Assembly: GCA_963666835.2 (NCBI GenBank)
Contig: CAXXGO010000001.1
Span: 1,728,001 to 1,792,000 of the forward strand
Direction of reading: 5' to 3'
From: Phycisphaerae bacterium
GTDB taxonomy: Bacteria > Planctomycetota > Phycisphaerae > UBA1845
Length of the DNA stretch: 64,000 nt
Of this stretch, positions 51,641 to 61,040 are shown piece by piece (the stretch's first letter is position 1; each line of letters starts with the position of its first letter). Under the pieces are notes generated by a model. It made no database searches, was not told where the DNA came from, and was given only the letters and a program-made list of their open reading frames with translations. The position numbers and the translations under genes were made by a program.

Positions 51641-52249
51641 CTAGCCCGGTTCGACATCGGCGGTCGGATCGGAGGCGGCAGGCGGAAGAGACGATGTCGC
51701 CTTGACCTTATCGGCCAGCCACGACTTCATCGCCTTGGGGGCACGCGCCAAGCGCCATTCGTCGTGTTCGCGGACGATCATAAGAATAGTCTGGCGCTGA
51801 GGTTCCTGCTGGATGCCGCTAAGGTCCGGATCGAAGGTGACCTCCGCTAAGATCGTGTAGGCGGGCTGCGGTTTGGCCTCGGTGCCGTCGGAGCCCAGGC
51901 TCACCCGCTCCAGGGCTTTGATTTGGACCCGTTGCACTGCGCGCCAACCTCGTTCGAACTCGTCGCGGGGTAGGGGATCCTCGCGGGCGACCCAGAGCGA
52001 GCGGAACAAGTCGTAGTCGCCGCCGGCGCAGGCGGCCATCGCCCCGGTTACGAATTCATTCACGGTCTCATCTGCGACCCGCAAACTCGGCGGAAAAACC
52101 AGCTCGGCTCCGGCGGGTTCGGGCTCAGGTATTGCCAGGTTGCCGGTTGCGGAGTTGGTAGTGTCATCCCTGCGGCACCCCGGCCCGATGGTCCAGAGAG
52201 CGGCGGCGGATACGACAAGTACGACGAGCCGATTGTGCAATAGCTTCAT
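51641..52249 (-). CDS. Hypothetical lipoprotein
   Basis: Hydrophobic signal ending IGPGC. Confidence 0.7.
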   Translation of the reverse strand: MKLLHNRLVVLVVSAAALWTIGPGCRRDDTTNSATGNLAIPEPEPAGAELVFPPSLRVADETVNEFVTGAMAACAGGDYDLFRSLWVAREDPLPRDEFERGWRAVQRVQIKALERVSLGSDGTEAKPQPAYTILAEVTFDPDLSGIQQEPQRQTILMIVREHDEWRLARAPKAMKSWLADKVKATSSLPPAASDPTADVEPG

Positions 52250-52623
52250 AGCGAACCTCGTACGGGAGCTTTCTTCTGCGTCGGATCGTAGTAAGACCGG
52301 GCGGCGGCGCCAACCGAACGCCTAATCCCATGCAGGCCAAGACAGGGCAAAAGCGCCAAGCGACCGGTTACCGGATCAGGGCGTCCGGCCGAGAGGGGGG
52401 GGGTGGTGGAGACGCCAATGCGTGCTCGCAAAGGCCAAACGGAAGCCTTCAGCAAACGGGGACGAGATAACCGTGTTATCGACCTACCGGTAGACTGATT
52501 ACCCGCGAGCCCCTGATGGAATACGACGACGCAGGATTTTGCGGGCGATGAACAGCCAATCCTGACGCCCCCCTGGTGGTGGGAGACGCCGCTATGGCGA
52601 GGATTCCACTACTTAGTGGGCGA

Positions 52624-53181
52624 TCAGCGACTGGGACTGGAGATCTGCTCGCGCAGAATCCGAGCGAGCGTCTCGCGCGCTTGCGGATCGAGAGATCCCT
52701 GGGTCAAGTCGAAACGTTCCACGCGACGCCGCTCTTCGAGGTAGTTGCGGATGTCCGGGACCAGGCGAATCGCGTCTTTGAGGATTCCGCGGAGTTCGCC
52801 GATCGAGAACTGATCGACGGTGTTGACCCGCCGGGATACCTCGTCCAGCAGTCGGCGGAACTCGCCCAGCCAGTCGCGGTAGTTGTTTTCCTGAGCCAGG
52901 TAATGCTCGGCGTCGGAGATCAAGAACGTGCGGATCACGTCCCGGTCGGTCTCGGTGAGCGGTTCATCGCGATCCAGTCGTTTGATGGTCTGTTTGACCT
53001 CGCGGGCCCACATTGATTGCTGCATCTCCCGGAGATGGCTTTCGATTCCGCTGAGCCGTCGTTCGATGTCAATGAAATCCTCGACGGTCGGATTCTCTAG
53101 AGCATAATCTCCCGTCTCCTTGAGTTGCTCCACGGATTCGGTAAGTTGCGTGGTCGCGGCCGTCGCCATGATCGCCTCCAT
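52624..53181 (-). CDS. Hypothetical helical protein
   Basis: 185-aa ORF; internal GGAGG RBS before MATAA (53169). Confidence 0.7.
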   Translation of the reverse strand: MEAIMATAATTQLTESVEQLKETGDYALENPTVEDFIDIERRLSGIESHLREMQQSMWAREVKQTIKRLDRDEPLTETDRDVIRTFLISDAEHYLAQENNYRDWLGEFRRLLDEVSRRVNTVDQFSIGELRGILKDAIRLVPDIRNYLEERRRVERFDLTQGSLDPQARETLARILREQISSPSR

Positions 53182-53563
53182 CTTCAGTTGGGGGGTTGTC
53201 CGATAAACGGCGGGCGCCCCGGCAGCCCAACGCCGCCCGACGCTCCTTCAGACCATCGACTCGGTAACGTACGGCCTTGAACAGTGTCCTTTGCGATGCC
53301 GGCGTGGGCCCGAACGCGTGGCATCTTGCGGACTCCCTGCGCCGGTAACGATGTTCGCAGACCTTAGCTATGGTCGGAGGGCACGGGGGGCGGGCACGCT
53401 GTCGATCCCGGTGCCCTTCCAGAGCGAGGCCGAGTTGGTGTCGTTCTGAGCGGGGTTGTTCTCGGGTTGTGCGAGATCTGCCCGAATCGACCGGAAACCT
53501 GAGCGGGTCGCGGAGGGTTCTCTCGAAGTACGTCGCTTCCAGCAATCGCTCCATCCGCCCCGG

Positions 53564-53591
53564 TTGACTCGCCGGGGGGCGTCGGTAGACT
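53564..53591 (+). promoter_or_regulatory. Sigma70 promoter for tRNA-Leu
   Basis: TTGACT-N16-TAGACT ending 13 nt before the tRNA. Confidence 0.6.
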
Positions 53592-53604
53592 TCCACTAGC
53601 GAAT

Positions 53605-53691
53605 GCCCGGGTGGCGGAATTGGCAGACGCGCAAGCTTGAGGTGCTTGTGTCCAAATATCGGACGTGCTGGTTCGAATCCAGTCCCGGGCA
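53605..53691 (+). tRNA. tRNA-Leu(GAG)
   Basis: GCCCGGG/CCCGGGC acceptor stem, CAAGC-TTGAGGT-GCTTG anticodon arm, GTTCGAAT T-loop; no encoded CCA. Confidence 0.97.
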
Positions 53692-53882
53692 GTTTTCCTC
53701 GACGTTGCGCCGCGCGGCGGCTTACCGTGCGACGGTTGAAAGGCGGCCGGATCCTGATCCCCGCCGCAGGTTCGCAGCAGTCTCCGCCGATGTAAACTTC
53801 GGTTGGTCGGGGTGAAAGCCGGATTATCCGGGGTTTGCCGGCGGGGCGCCGCCCGTCGTTCTTCCACGAGGAATGGCAGCCG

Positions 53883-54437
53883 ATGGCCGCGGTCAAGACC
53901 AGGGTGCAACTCAGACTGCAGCTCAGAACGTTCGAGGCAGGCGATGCGTTGCCGATCACTCATTGGGTACGCGATGACGACGAGCTTCGCCGGTTGGCCC
54001 CCGGAACGGAGCCGCCCCTTACCCCGGAGAAGATAATCGGGTGGAAGAAGTCCGGGGGGCGGGCTTTTACGCTCGTGCGGGCCGATGATCGCAGTACCCC
54101 GATCGGCTATGGGGAGCTCAACCCCATGCTACGCGATCGGGACCATCTCTGGCTGGGCCACGCAATTGTGTCTCCGGACGAGCGGGGACGGGGGATCGGT
54201 ACGGCGTTCGTGACGGGGTTGGCTCGGTTAGCCTTTGACCGGTTGGGCGCCCAGAGGATCTCGCTGATTGTCTTCCCCGAGAATGCCGCCGCGATCGAGT
54301 GCTACCGACGGGTGGGGTTTGCCGTCATGGGGGAGGAGTATCATGTCTTCGGCGGTACAAGATACCGCCTGCTGCGTATGCAGATAAGTCCGGTTGACGT
54401 TGCTCCTCTGCGAGGACCGGGTGATTCCTGCGCCTAG
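53883..54437 (+). CDS. GNAT N-acetyltransferase
   Basis: VSPDERGRGIG, ENAAAIECYRRVGF. Confidence 0.88.
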   Translation: MAAVKTRVQLRLQLRTFEAGDALPITHWVRDDDELRRLAPGTEPPLTPEKIIGWKKSGGRAFTLVRADDRSTPIGYGELNPMLRDRDHLWLGHAIVSPDERGRGIGTAFVTGLARLAFDRLGAQRISLIVFPENAAAIECYRRVGFAVMGEEYHVFGGTRYRLLRMQISPVDVAPLRGPGDSCA

Positions 54438-54518
54438 TTGCGCAATTTTGGCGCAACCCGTTTTTTCGGTGAGTTGGCGGAATCAGGTTCGCGGAGGTTC
54501 GAGCGCGGCGCTTCTTAA

Positions 54519-54728
54519 TCAGCTATCCGTAGTGGATTCCACCTGAATGGCCGCGAAGACTCCGTCGACAACGCCATCCAAGATCAGATCTAATCCGCTT
54601 TCTATTGCGGGAAGAGCCGCGTCCCGAAACTCCGGACCGTGCAGGCATCCCACCTGCACCGGAAGAACTGCCAATCCCAAGGCAGTGAGTACCGCCCGCC
54701 GTCCAAGGTCGCTTTTTTTCCGTACCAT
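54519..54728 (-). CDS. Small putative lipoprotein
   Basis: RR-containing signal ending QVGC; GGGGAG RBS. Confidence 0.5.
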   Translation of the reverse strand: MVRKKSDLGRRAVLTALGLAVLPVQVGCLHGPEFRDAALPAIESGLDLILDGVVDGVFAAIQVESTTDS

Positions 54729-54851
54729 CTGTCAACTCCCCGGGATCACCGAGTAGCCGGTCTTGTCCATCGCGCCGGACTGCCTGGTGTCACCGTAGGC
54801 CGTATCGGTGATCGGGCGAAGAAAAGTTGAGGCGGCGTAGGTGCCGGCCGG

Positions 54852-55763
54852 CTACGCCCGTCCGGTCGCCCAAGGCGAGGGCGCAATTGCTGCCGAGCGG
54901 AGCCCGCCGACCGCATTGACCGCGGGCTGATTGGCTCGGAGCGCTCCACCCATCAGACGTACGGCAGCTACCATCAGGAGAATCCAGAATGCCACCTTCA
55001 CTGTTCGAAGGGGCAACCGATGTGTCAGTTTGCTGCCGAGCGTGCTTCCGATGATTGCTGTTGGAATCAAGATGACGGCCAGTCGAAAGGACTCTAAGGC
55101 TCCGCCATGGTCTGCGAGGTAGGCCCAGTTCTTCACCGTAGCGCCGATCAGGCTCGTGGCCACGATCATCGCGGCGGAGTTGGCGATTGCAGTCCTGATC
55201 GGCGTTCCGAAGAGCTTGCGTTGTAGGGGGACCGCGAGGACTCCACCCCCGACCCCCAGCAGGCCTGCTACCAGACCGGTCGGTATTGCCACCATCGCGG
55301 CACGAGTCCACCCGTTGTTTCCGGCGGGCTGTGCGGGAAGAGCCGTTTCGGCGCGGTTCGATTTATCGCGTCTGTCGGGGCGCAGGGTCTGAAACAGGTC
55401 ATGCCCGGCGACCGCCAGAAGAAACAAGCCGAACGTAGCCCGCAGGTAAGCTTCGCCTTCTCCCGAGAACAACGCGAGTTCGCTGAGGGCAACCCCGACA
55501 ATCACCGCGGCGATGGCCGGCGGGACGAGGCGCTGAACCATTCTGCGGCTTATGGCTTTGGCTCTATAGTGCTGATAGACCGCGGGGACGACCACGAAGA
55601 AGTTGACGATCATGGCAGCGGCTTGATAGAGATGTTGATCCGGTCCCAACAGCTCCGTCATGGCCGGGATCATGACGATGCTGCCACCTACGCCGAGCAT
55701 TCCGCCGACTAAGCCGGCGACGAGCCCGATAGCGACTAGGGCGATTCCTTCCACAGGGTCCAA
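54852..55763 (-). CDS. Sulfite exporter TauE/SafE family
   Basis: Duplicated GMLGVGGS / GLLGVGGG motifs. Confidence 0.9.
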   Translation of the reverse strand: MDPVEGIALVAIGLVAGLVGGMLGVGGSIVMIPAMTELLGPDQHLYQAAAMIVNFFVVVPAVYQHYRAKAISRRMVQRLVPPAIAAVIVGVALSELALFSGEGEAYLRATFGLFLLAVAGHDLFQTLRPDRRDKSNRAETALPAQPAGNNGWTRAAMVAIPTGLVAGLLGVGGGVLAVPLQRKLFGTPIRTAIANSAAMIVATSLIGATVKNWAYLADHGGALESFRLAVILIPTAIIGSTLGSKLTHRLPLRTVKVAFWILLMVAAVRLMGGALRANQPAVNAVGGLRSAAIAPSPWATGRA

Positions 55764-55795
55764 TCCTCGGATTGTGACGCGGCGATGCTCTTGCG

Positions 55796-56893
55796 TTACT
55801 GGATCAGCATCGCGTCACCGTAGCTGTAGAACCGGTATTTCCGGGCAATGGCGTACTCGTACGCCCGCCGCGTTGTCTCTACCCCGGCGAAGGCCATCAC
55901 CAGCGCCAAGAGTGTACTGCGCGGCAGATGGAAATTCGTCAGCATCACGTCCACTACCTGCAGCGAATGTGGCGGATAGAGAAACAGGTCGGTAGTGCCC
56001 CGCTGCGCCCGCACCAGCCGCTCTGCTCCGGTTTCTACCGAAGATTCGAGCACGCGCACGCTGGTGGTTCCGACTGCGACGACGTGCCCGCTGCGCTCGC
56101 GGCACCTTCGCACCGCTTGAGCAGCTTCCTCGGGTAGCTCGAACGCTTCGGTGTGCATATCGTGCTCGCGCAGGCGATTGACGCTGATGGGTCTGAACGT
56201 GCCTGCCCCGACGTGCAGGGTGACCAGGGTCGTTTCGATGCCTCCTTCGCGAAGGCGGTCGAGGAGATTGCCCGTCAGGTGCAACCCGGCGGTCGGGGCC
56301 GCCACGGCTCCCGGTTTGCACGCGTACACCGTCTGATAACGGGAACGGTCCTGTGGGTCGGATTCGTCCGACCCGGATTGGCGGCGGATATACGGTGGCA
56401 GCGGTGGCCGGCCGACCTGTTCGAGGATTGCCTCGGGCGACCCCGCCGAGTTCACCGAGACTCGCCATTCCCCCGCGCCGCAGTTTTCGAGCAGACACAA
56501 CTCGACAACTTCGGTCCCGGCCCCTTGGACCGGCAGAGTTTCCCCGATCTTGAGTCGCCGTGATCCCTGTAGCATCACACGCCAAACCCCGGGAGTCTCT
56601 TCACTCAGGAAAAGTCCCCCAACGGCGCCTCCGGTGGAGCGTCTGGCTAGAAACCGCGCCGGCAGGACCTTCGTATCGTTGAGCACGAGCAGATCGCCCG
56701 CCCGGAGCACCTGTGGGAGTGCGGCGATACCCAGGTCCGACAGGCTGCCGTCCGCTCGGTTTACCACCAGCATCCGGGCGTCTTCTCTCGCCTTGGGCGG
56801 ATGTTGGGCGATCAGAGACTCCGGCAGGACGTAATCCAGCTTGTCAATGCAGAAGTCCCCGGCATCCGGGGTATCATGGGCGCCGGTGTTCAT
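55796..56893 (-). CDS. queA: S-adenosylmethionine:tRNA ribosyltransferase-isomerase
   Basis: PLPPYI, YQTVYA, AAPTAGLH, TNFHLPRSTL, YSYGDAM. Confidence 0.97.
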   Translation of the reverse strand: MNTGAHDTPDAGDFCIDKLDYVLPESLIAQHPPKAREDARMLVVNRADGSLSDLGIAALPQVLRAGDLLVLNDTKVLPARFLARRSTGGAVGGLFLSEETPGVWRVMLQGSRRLKIGETLPVQGAGTEVVELCLLENCGAGEWRVSVNSAGSPEAILEQVGRPPLPPYIRRQSGSDESDPQDRSRYQTVYACKPGAVAAPTAGLHLTGNLLDRLREGGIETTLVTLHVGAGTFRPISVNRLREHDMHTEAFELPEEAAQAVRRCRERSGHVVAVGTTSVRVLESSVETGAERLVRAQRGTTDLFLYPPHSLQVVDVMLTNFHLPRSTLLALVMAFAGVETTRRAYEYAIARKYRFYSYGDAMLIQ

Positions 56894-56982
56894 GCCTGCC
56901 TGGTATGACTCGGGTTGCTCCCTAGGTCAAGAGGGTTGCGCGCACCGTAGCGTCGTGGTCACGGATTCTGCTCCGTGTTACC

Positions 56983-57921
56983 ATGAGTCCAATGAAGCGA
57001 AAGTCTAACCTCAAAGCCTGGATCCAGTACGTCGCGATCCGCACGGTCTTTGCGGTGATGCAGGCTTTTCCCATCGATTGGAACCTGCGCACCGGACGTT
57101 GGCTTGCGTGGGTGTGGATCCGTCTGCAGCCGCGGTACCGTGATCGGGCCATGACCCATCTGGCGTCGTCGTTCGGTAGGAACCTGACTCCCGCAGAGAT
57201 TCGTAATCTGGCCAACCGATCCCTCGAGTGCCTGGCCATGTGGGCGGTCGAGGTGGCGTGCATGCCGCGCCTGGTCAACCGGTTTACCTGGTCGCGTTAC
57301 ATCAATCTGGTGAATTTCGAAGAGGTGCTCGGGCTGATCGTGGAGGGGCGCGGGGTCATTATGGTGACCGGGCACTACGGCTCCTTCGAGTTAATCGGAC
57401 ATCTTCTGGCGGCGTTCGGCTTCAACATGACGGCGGTAATGCGACCGTTGGATAACGTCTATCTGAACGAGTACCTGGTCTCGACCAGACGGATGCACGG
57501 GTTACGCCTGTTGGACAAGAAGGGCGCGATGCGCGATGCGGAATCCGTTGTTAGAAGCGGCGGGCTGCTGAGTTTCATCGGCGATCAGGATGCCGGCCGT
57601 AAGGGGCTGTTTGTGGATTTCTTCGGTCGGCCGGCGTCTACGTATAAGTCGATCGGCCTGCTCGCGATGACGACCGGCCGACCGATTGTCGTCGGCTATG
57701 CGCGTCGCTACGGTAACGTCGCCCGTTACGATGTCGGCGTGCAGAGGATCATCTACCCGCGCGAGTGGGAGAAGCAGGAGGATCCGCTTCGCTGGATCAC
57801 GGAGAGCTACACCTCGGCCGTTGAGGAGTTCGTCCGCGACGATCCGGAGCAGTACCTTTGGATTCACCGCCGATGGAAGTCGGTTCCGCGAGTGCGCCGC
57901 GGATCTGGCGGGCGAGAATGA
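56983..57921 (+). CDS. Lipid A/lysophospholipid acyltransferase (LpxL-like)
   Basis: TGHYGSFE, GDQD, PEQYLWIHRRWK. Confidence 0.92.
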   Translation: MSPMKRKSNLKAWIQYVAIRTVFAVMQAFPIDWNLRTGRWLAWVWIRLQPRYRDRAMTHLASSFGRNLTPAEIRNLANRSLECLAMWAVEVACMPRLVNRFTWSRYINLVNFEEVLGLIVEGRGVIMVTGHYGSFELIGHLLAAFGFNMTAVMRPLDNVYLNEYLVSTRRMHGLRLLDKKGAMRDAESVVRSGGLLSFIGDQDAGRKGLFVDFFGRPASTYKSIGLLAMTTGRPIVVGYARRYGNVARYDVGVQRIIYPREWEKQEDPLRWITESYTSAVEEFVRDDPEQYLWIHRRWKSVPRVRRGSGGRE

Positions 57922-58026
57922 AAGCGTAGCGATGCTCGAGTCGCTCCGCTTTCCGGTTGACCGGTTTGTGGTGTGAACCTAGAATCACGCCGGTCCTATT
58001 ACGTTTTCAAGCTGGAAGGAGCAGTC

Positions 58027-58377
58027 ATGGCAGGCCCCGACACGCTAGTATTCAGCGATAGTAACTTCGATGACGAGGTGCTTAACTCAGATGTGCCAGT
58101 GTTGGTCGATTTTTGGGCTGAGTGGTGTGGCCCGTGCAAGGCGCTGGGGCCTGTGATCGACGAGCTGGCGACCGAGTATGCGGGCAAGGTCAAGATAGGT
58201 AAGGTTGACACGGACGGAAACCGGGAGGTATCGGTTCGTTTCCAGATCAGCTCGATCCCGACGGTTATACTGTTCCACGACGGTGAGATCGTGGAGCGGA
58301 TTGTCGGGCTTCGCGGGGTGAAGGACTTCAGAGTTGCTCTGGACAGCGTGCTACGCACCGGTGGCGTGGCCGATTGA
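58027..58377 (+). CDS. trxA: Thioredoxin
   Basis: WAEWCGPCK, SIPT. Confidence 0.96.
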   Translation: MAGPDTLVFSDSNFDDEVLNSDVPVLVDFWAEWCGPCKALGPVIDELATEYAGKVKIGKVDTDGNREVSVRFQISSIPTVILFHDGEIVERIVGLRGVKDFRVALDSVLRTGGVAD

Positions 58378-58500
58378 GCACCGGGCGAGCAGAAGACTCG
58401 TTCGGGATAGTGGCTCTGCGTGACGTAAGACTGTGCCGTGCTCGCGAGGTAGCTCTCGTTGGAGCACGGCTTATCGTGTGCGCGGCCGAGGGGTACCGCC

Positions 58501-59793
58501 ATGGTACATCCGAATATTGAAGCTGATAGCCCATGGGACAGCGATCCTGAGGATCGTCTGCACACCGGTTGTGGAAGCTGTGGGAGTGATTCCGCTTGTG
58601 CGGAGTCCGCTCAGGCCTCAGGGGCCAAGGGTCTTCCAACGACGGCGGTGCGATACGGCTATATGCAGTATATTGGGGAGTTTGCCTACTCGCCCGAGCT
58701 TCGGTTCACCTACCGCGCGAAGCTGATCATCCAAACCAAACGAGGCATTGAGATTGGCGAACATGTGCCGCTGACGTGCAGCGGGTGCGATAAGGCGGTT
58801 CAGCGGGAACAGGTGCAGGCGTGGGTCGAAGCCTGTGGCCGGGATTCCTACATACTCGACGCCGGGCGCGTGTTGCGTGAGGCCACCGCAGCGGATTTGG
58901 CGGAGCATGTGAGGATCCAAAGCACGTCTCGGGAGAAACGTGAGTATTGCCAGCAGCTTGCCGATGCCCGGAAGCTTCCGTTGAAGATCGTCGAATGCGA
59001 ATGTCCCATCGGGGGTGAACGCATCGTCTATTACTTCACTGCGGCGGAGCGCGTGGACTTCCGGGGGCTGGTGAAGGACCTGGCCAAGGAGTACCGCACC
59101 CGTATCGAGATGCGCCAAGTGGGGGCTCGCGATGAGGCTCGGCTTCTGGCGGATTTCGAGACTTGTGGCCAGGAGGTCTGCTGCAGAGTTTTCCTCAAGA
59201 CGCTTAAGCCGATCAGTATGCGAATGGCCAAGTTGCAGAAGTCCACTTTGGACCCGACGCAGGTTTCGGGGCGGTGTGGGCGCCTCAAGTGCTGCCTGCG
59301 TTACGAGCATGTTGGTTACGAGGAGTTGGACAAGAAGCTGCCGCGGACGGGAACTCGCTTGGATACGGAGTACGGCGAGGGGACCGTCATCGGCCGACAG
59401 GTGATTACCCAGCTTCTGCAGATTAGAACCGAGGCCGACACGGTTGTAACGGTACCGCTCAGTGAGACCTCGGAACCCGGTACTCGGAAGCGATCGGCGC
59501 GGACACCTGAAGTGAAGGAAGCGCGAACCGGCAGTGCGCCGGCGGCCAGACCTCGAAGGGGGAAGCCCGCCGACAAGTCGGGGCGGGGCGGCTCGGCTTC
59601 GAAGTCCGGGCGCCGTCCACCGCGGGTGGCGAGCAGCGGTACCGGCGAAGGCTCGTCCGGCGAGCCTAAGGATGCCGGGCAAGCGGAACGGAAGAAAGGG
59701 CAGCGTACTCGGCGGCGGCGTCCGCGGCGCCGGCGTTCCCGTAGGGAGGGCAATCCCGGAGGTGATTCCCCGGGTCCGGGTAACGCGTCGTGA
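58501..59793 (+). CDS. PSP1/RicT (YaaT) family protein
   Basis: RVDFRGLVKDLA..RIEMRQVGARDEA, CGQEVCC, SGRCGRLKCCLRYE. Confidence 0.9.
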   Translation: MVHPNIEADSPWDSDPEDRLHTGCGSCGSDSACAESAQASGAKGLPTTAVRYGYMQYIGEFAYSPELRFTYRAKLIIQTKRGIEIGEHVPLTCSGCDKAVQREQVQAWVEACGRDSYILDAGRVLREATAADLAEHVRIQSTSREKREYCQQLADARKLPLKIVECECPIGGERIVYYFTAAERVDFRGLVKDLAKEYRTRIEMRQVGARDEARLLADFETCGQEVCCRVFLKTLKPISMRMAKLQKSTLDPTQVSGRCGRLKCCLRYEHVGYEELDKKLPRTGTRLDTEYGEGTVIGRQVITQLLQIRTEADTVVTVPLSETSEPGTRKRSARTPEVKEARTGSAPAARPRRGKPADKSGRGGSASKSGRRPPRVASSGTGEGSSGEPKDAGQAERKKGQRTRRRRPRRRRSRREGNPGGDSPGPGNAS

Positions 59794-59832
59794 CTACAGT
59801 CGATCCGGCGACCGGTCGACTCAAACGCTAAG

Positions 59833-60369
59833 ATGGACGAGCACTCGGCGAAATCACTGGACGCTTTGGTTGAACACGTCGGTCGCTATCCGGCCGCTGC
59901 GTTTCTCTTCGTGCGCGAGGCGCTCAGCTATGCGGCGGAGAAAGTCCACGGGCGGGAGACCGAGGCCCACCGCCGGCTCCATCATTACCTTGCCTCGCAC
60001 GAGATGGACTGGAATGACATGATCGCCCAGTATCATGCCGGCGATCTCCCCGAGGGCGTGGTGCAGGCCATCGAGGCGGCCGGCGGCTGCGAGTCCCTGA
60101 ACCGGCATGTCACCGGTCCGGAACTGTGCTGGGGAATCCGGGATTATGCTCTGGAGCGTTGGGGTATGCTCGCTCCGGTGGTGTTGGAGTCGTGGAGTAT
60201 CAAGAGCACGATGGACCTGGGGCGGATTGTGTTCGGGTTTATCGATTTCGAGATGATGCAGCGTCAGGACGACGACAAGATAGAAGATTTCGAGGACGTC
60301 TACTCGTTTGACGAGGCGTTCGACACGAGATTCCCCCCCGCCCCGCCGCGCGATGATACGGGCGATTAA
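59833..60369 (+). CDS. Minf_1886 family protein
   Basis: RYPAAAFLFVREAL...HVTGPEL...WGMLA..VL..W...DLGRIVF. Confidence 0.85.
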   Translation: MDEHSAKSLDALVEHVGRYPAAAFLFVREALSYAAEKVHGRETEAHRRLHHYLASHEMDWNDMIAQYHAGDLPEGVVQAIEAAGGCESLNRHVTGPELCWGIRDYALERWGMLAPVVLESWSIKSTMDLGRIVFGFIDFEMMQRQDDDKIEDFEDVYSFDEAFDTRFPPAPPRDDTGD

Positions 60370-60400
60370 GCCCGTCGGGTGCGGTCACTTTCAGAGACGA

Positions 60401-60694
60401 CTAACTGGAAGACGCGGTGTCGTCCTTCGTGCTGACTTCGACCTTTGGCGCTGCTTCAGAGGCGGGCGGGGCGCTCTGCTCAAGCTTAGGCTGGGCCGGA
60501 GGCGAGACGCGTGAGTGTGTTTCGACGTCGTCTTTGACCTCTCTGATCCCCTTTTTGAACTCGACGATGCTCTTACCGACCGAGCGCGCAACATCGGGGA
60601 GCCGCCGCCCGAAGATCAGCAGGCCAAGCGCTGCGATAACCAACAGTTCCGGCCAACCGGGCATTCCAAAAGCTATGATTGCTTGGTCCATCAT
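60401..60694 (-). CDS. tatA: Twin-arginine translocase TatA
   Basis: LLIFGRRLPDVARSVGKSIVEFKKG. Confidence 0.93.
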   Translation of the reverse strand: MMDQAIIAFGMPGWPELLVIAALGLLIFGRRLPDVARSVGKSIVEFKKGIREVKDDVETHSRVSPPAQPKLEQSAPPASEAAPKVEVSTKDDTASSS

Positions 60695-61040
60695 TCGTAT
60701 CCTGACCGTTTCCAGGGGCTGCTGAGTTAAGCGTAACCGCCGCATCTAAGTCCGCCGGCGGGCTGCCTGAGGCGCGGGCAGTCGGGCGGATCTGCCGGCC
60801 CGGAACTGCCCCGATTGGACGATCGGGGACGCCGAGGTTCAACTCCCGGGATTATAGCGGCATTGTCCGGAGGACGTCAAAGCACCACAAGGCACCACTA
60901 AGGCTCAGGGTCTATCGGCTCTTGGGCGAGGATAGTCGGGGCTTTTCTTGTCAGCGGGCGCTGCGCGCGTACAATCGCCACGCACGGTATTTCCGCCCGC
61001 TTGGGGCGGGCGGTCCCTGAAAATAACTGCGAAAAGTCCC

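Noticed and set aside
52343..52376. c-di-GMP-I riboswitch (AGGGCAAA...GGTTACCG)
   Set aside because: Too short; the P2 GAAA and P3 elements are missing, and it is on the strand opposite the flanking genes.
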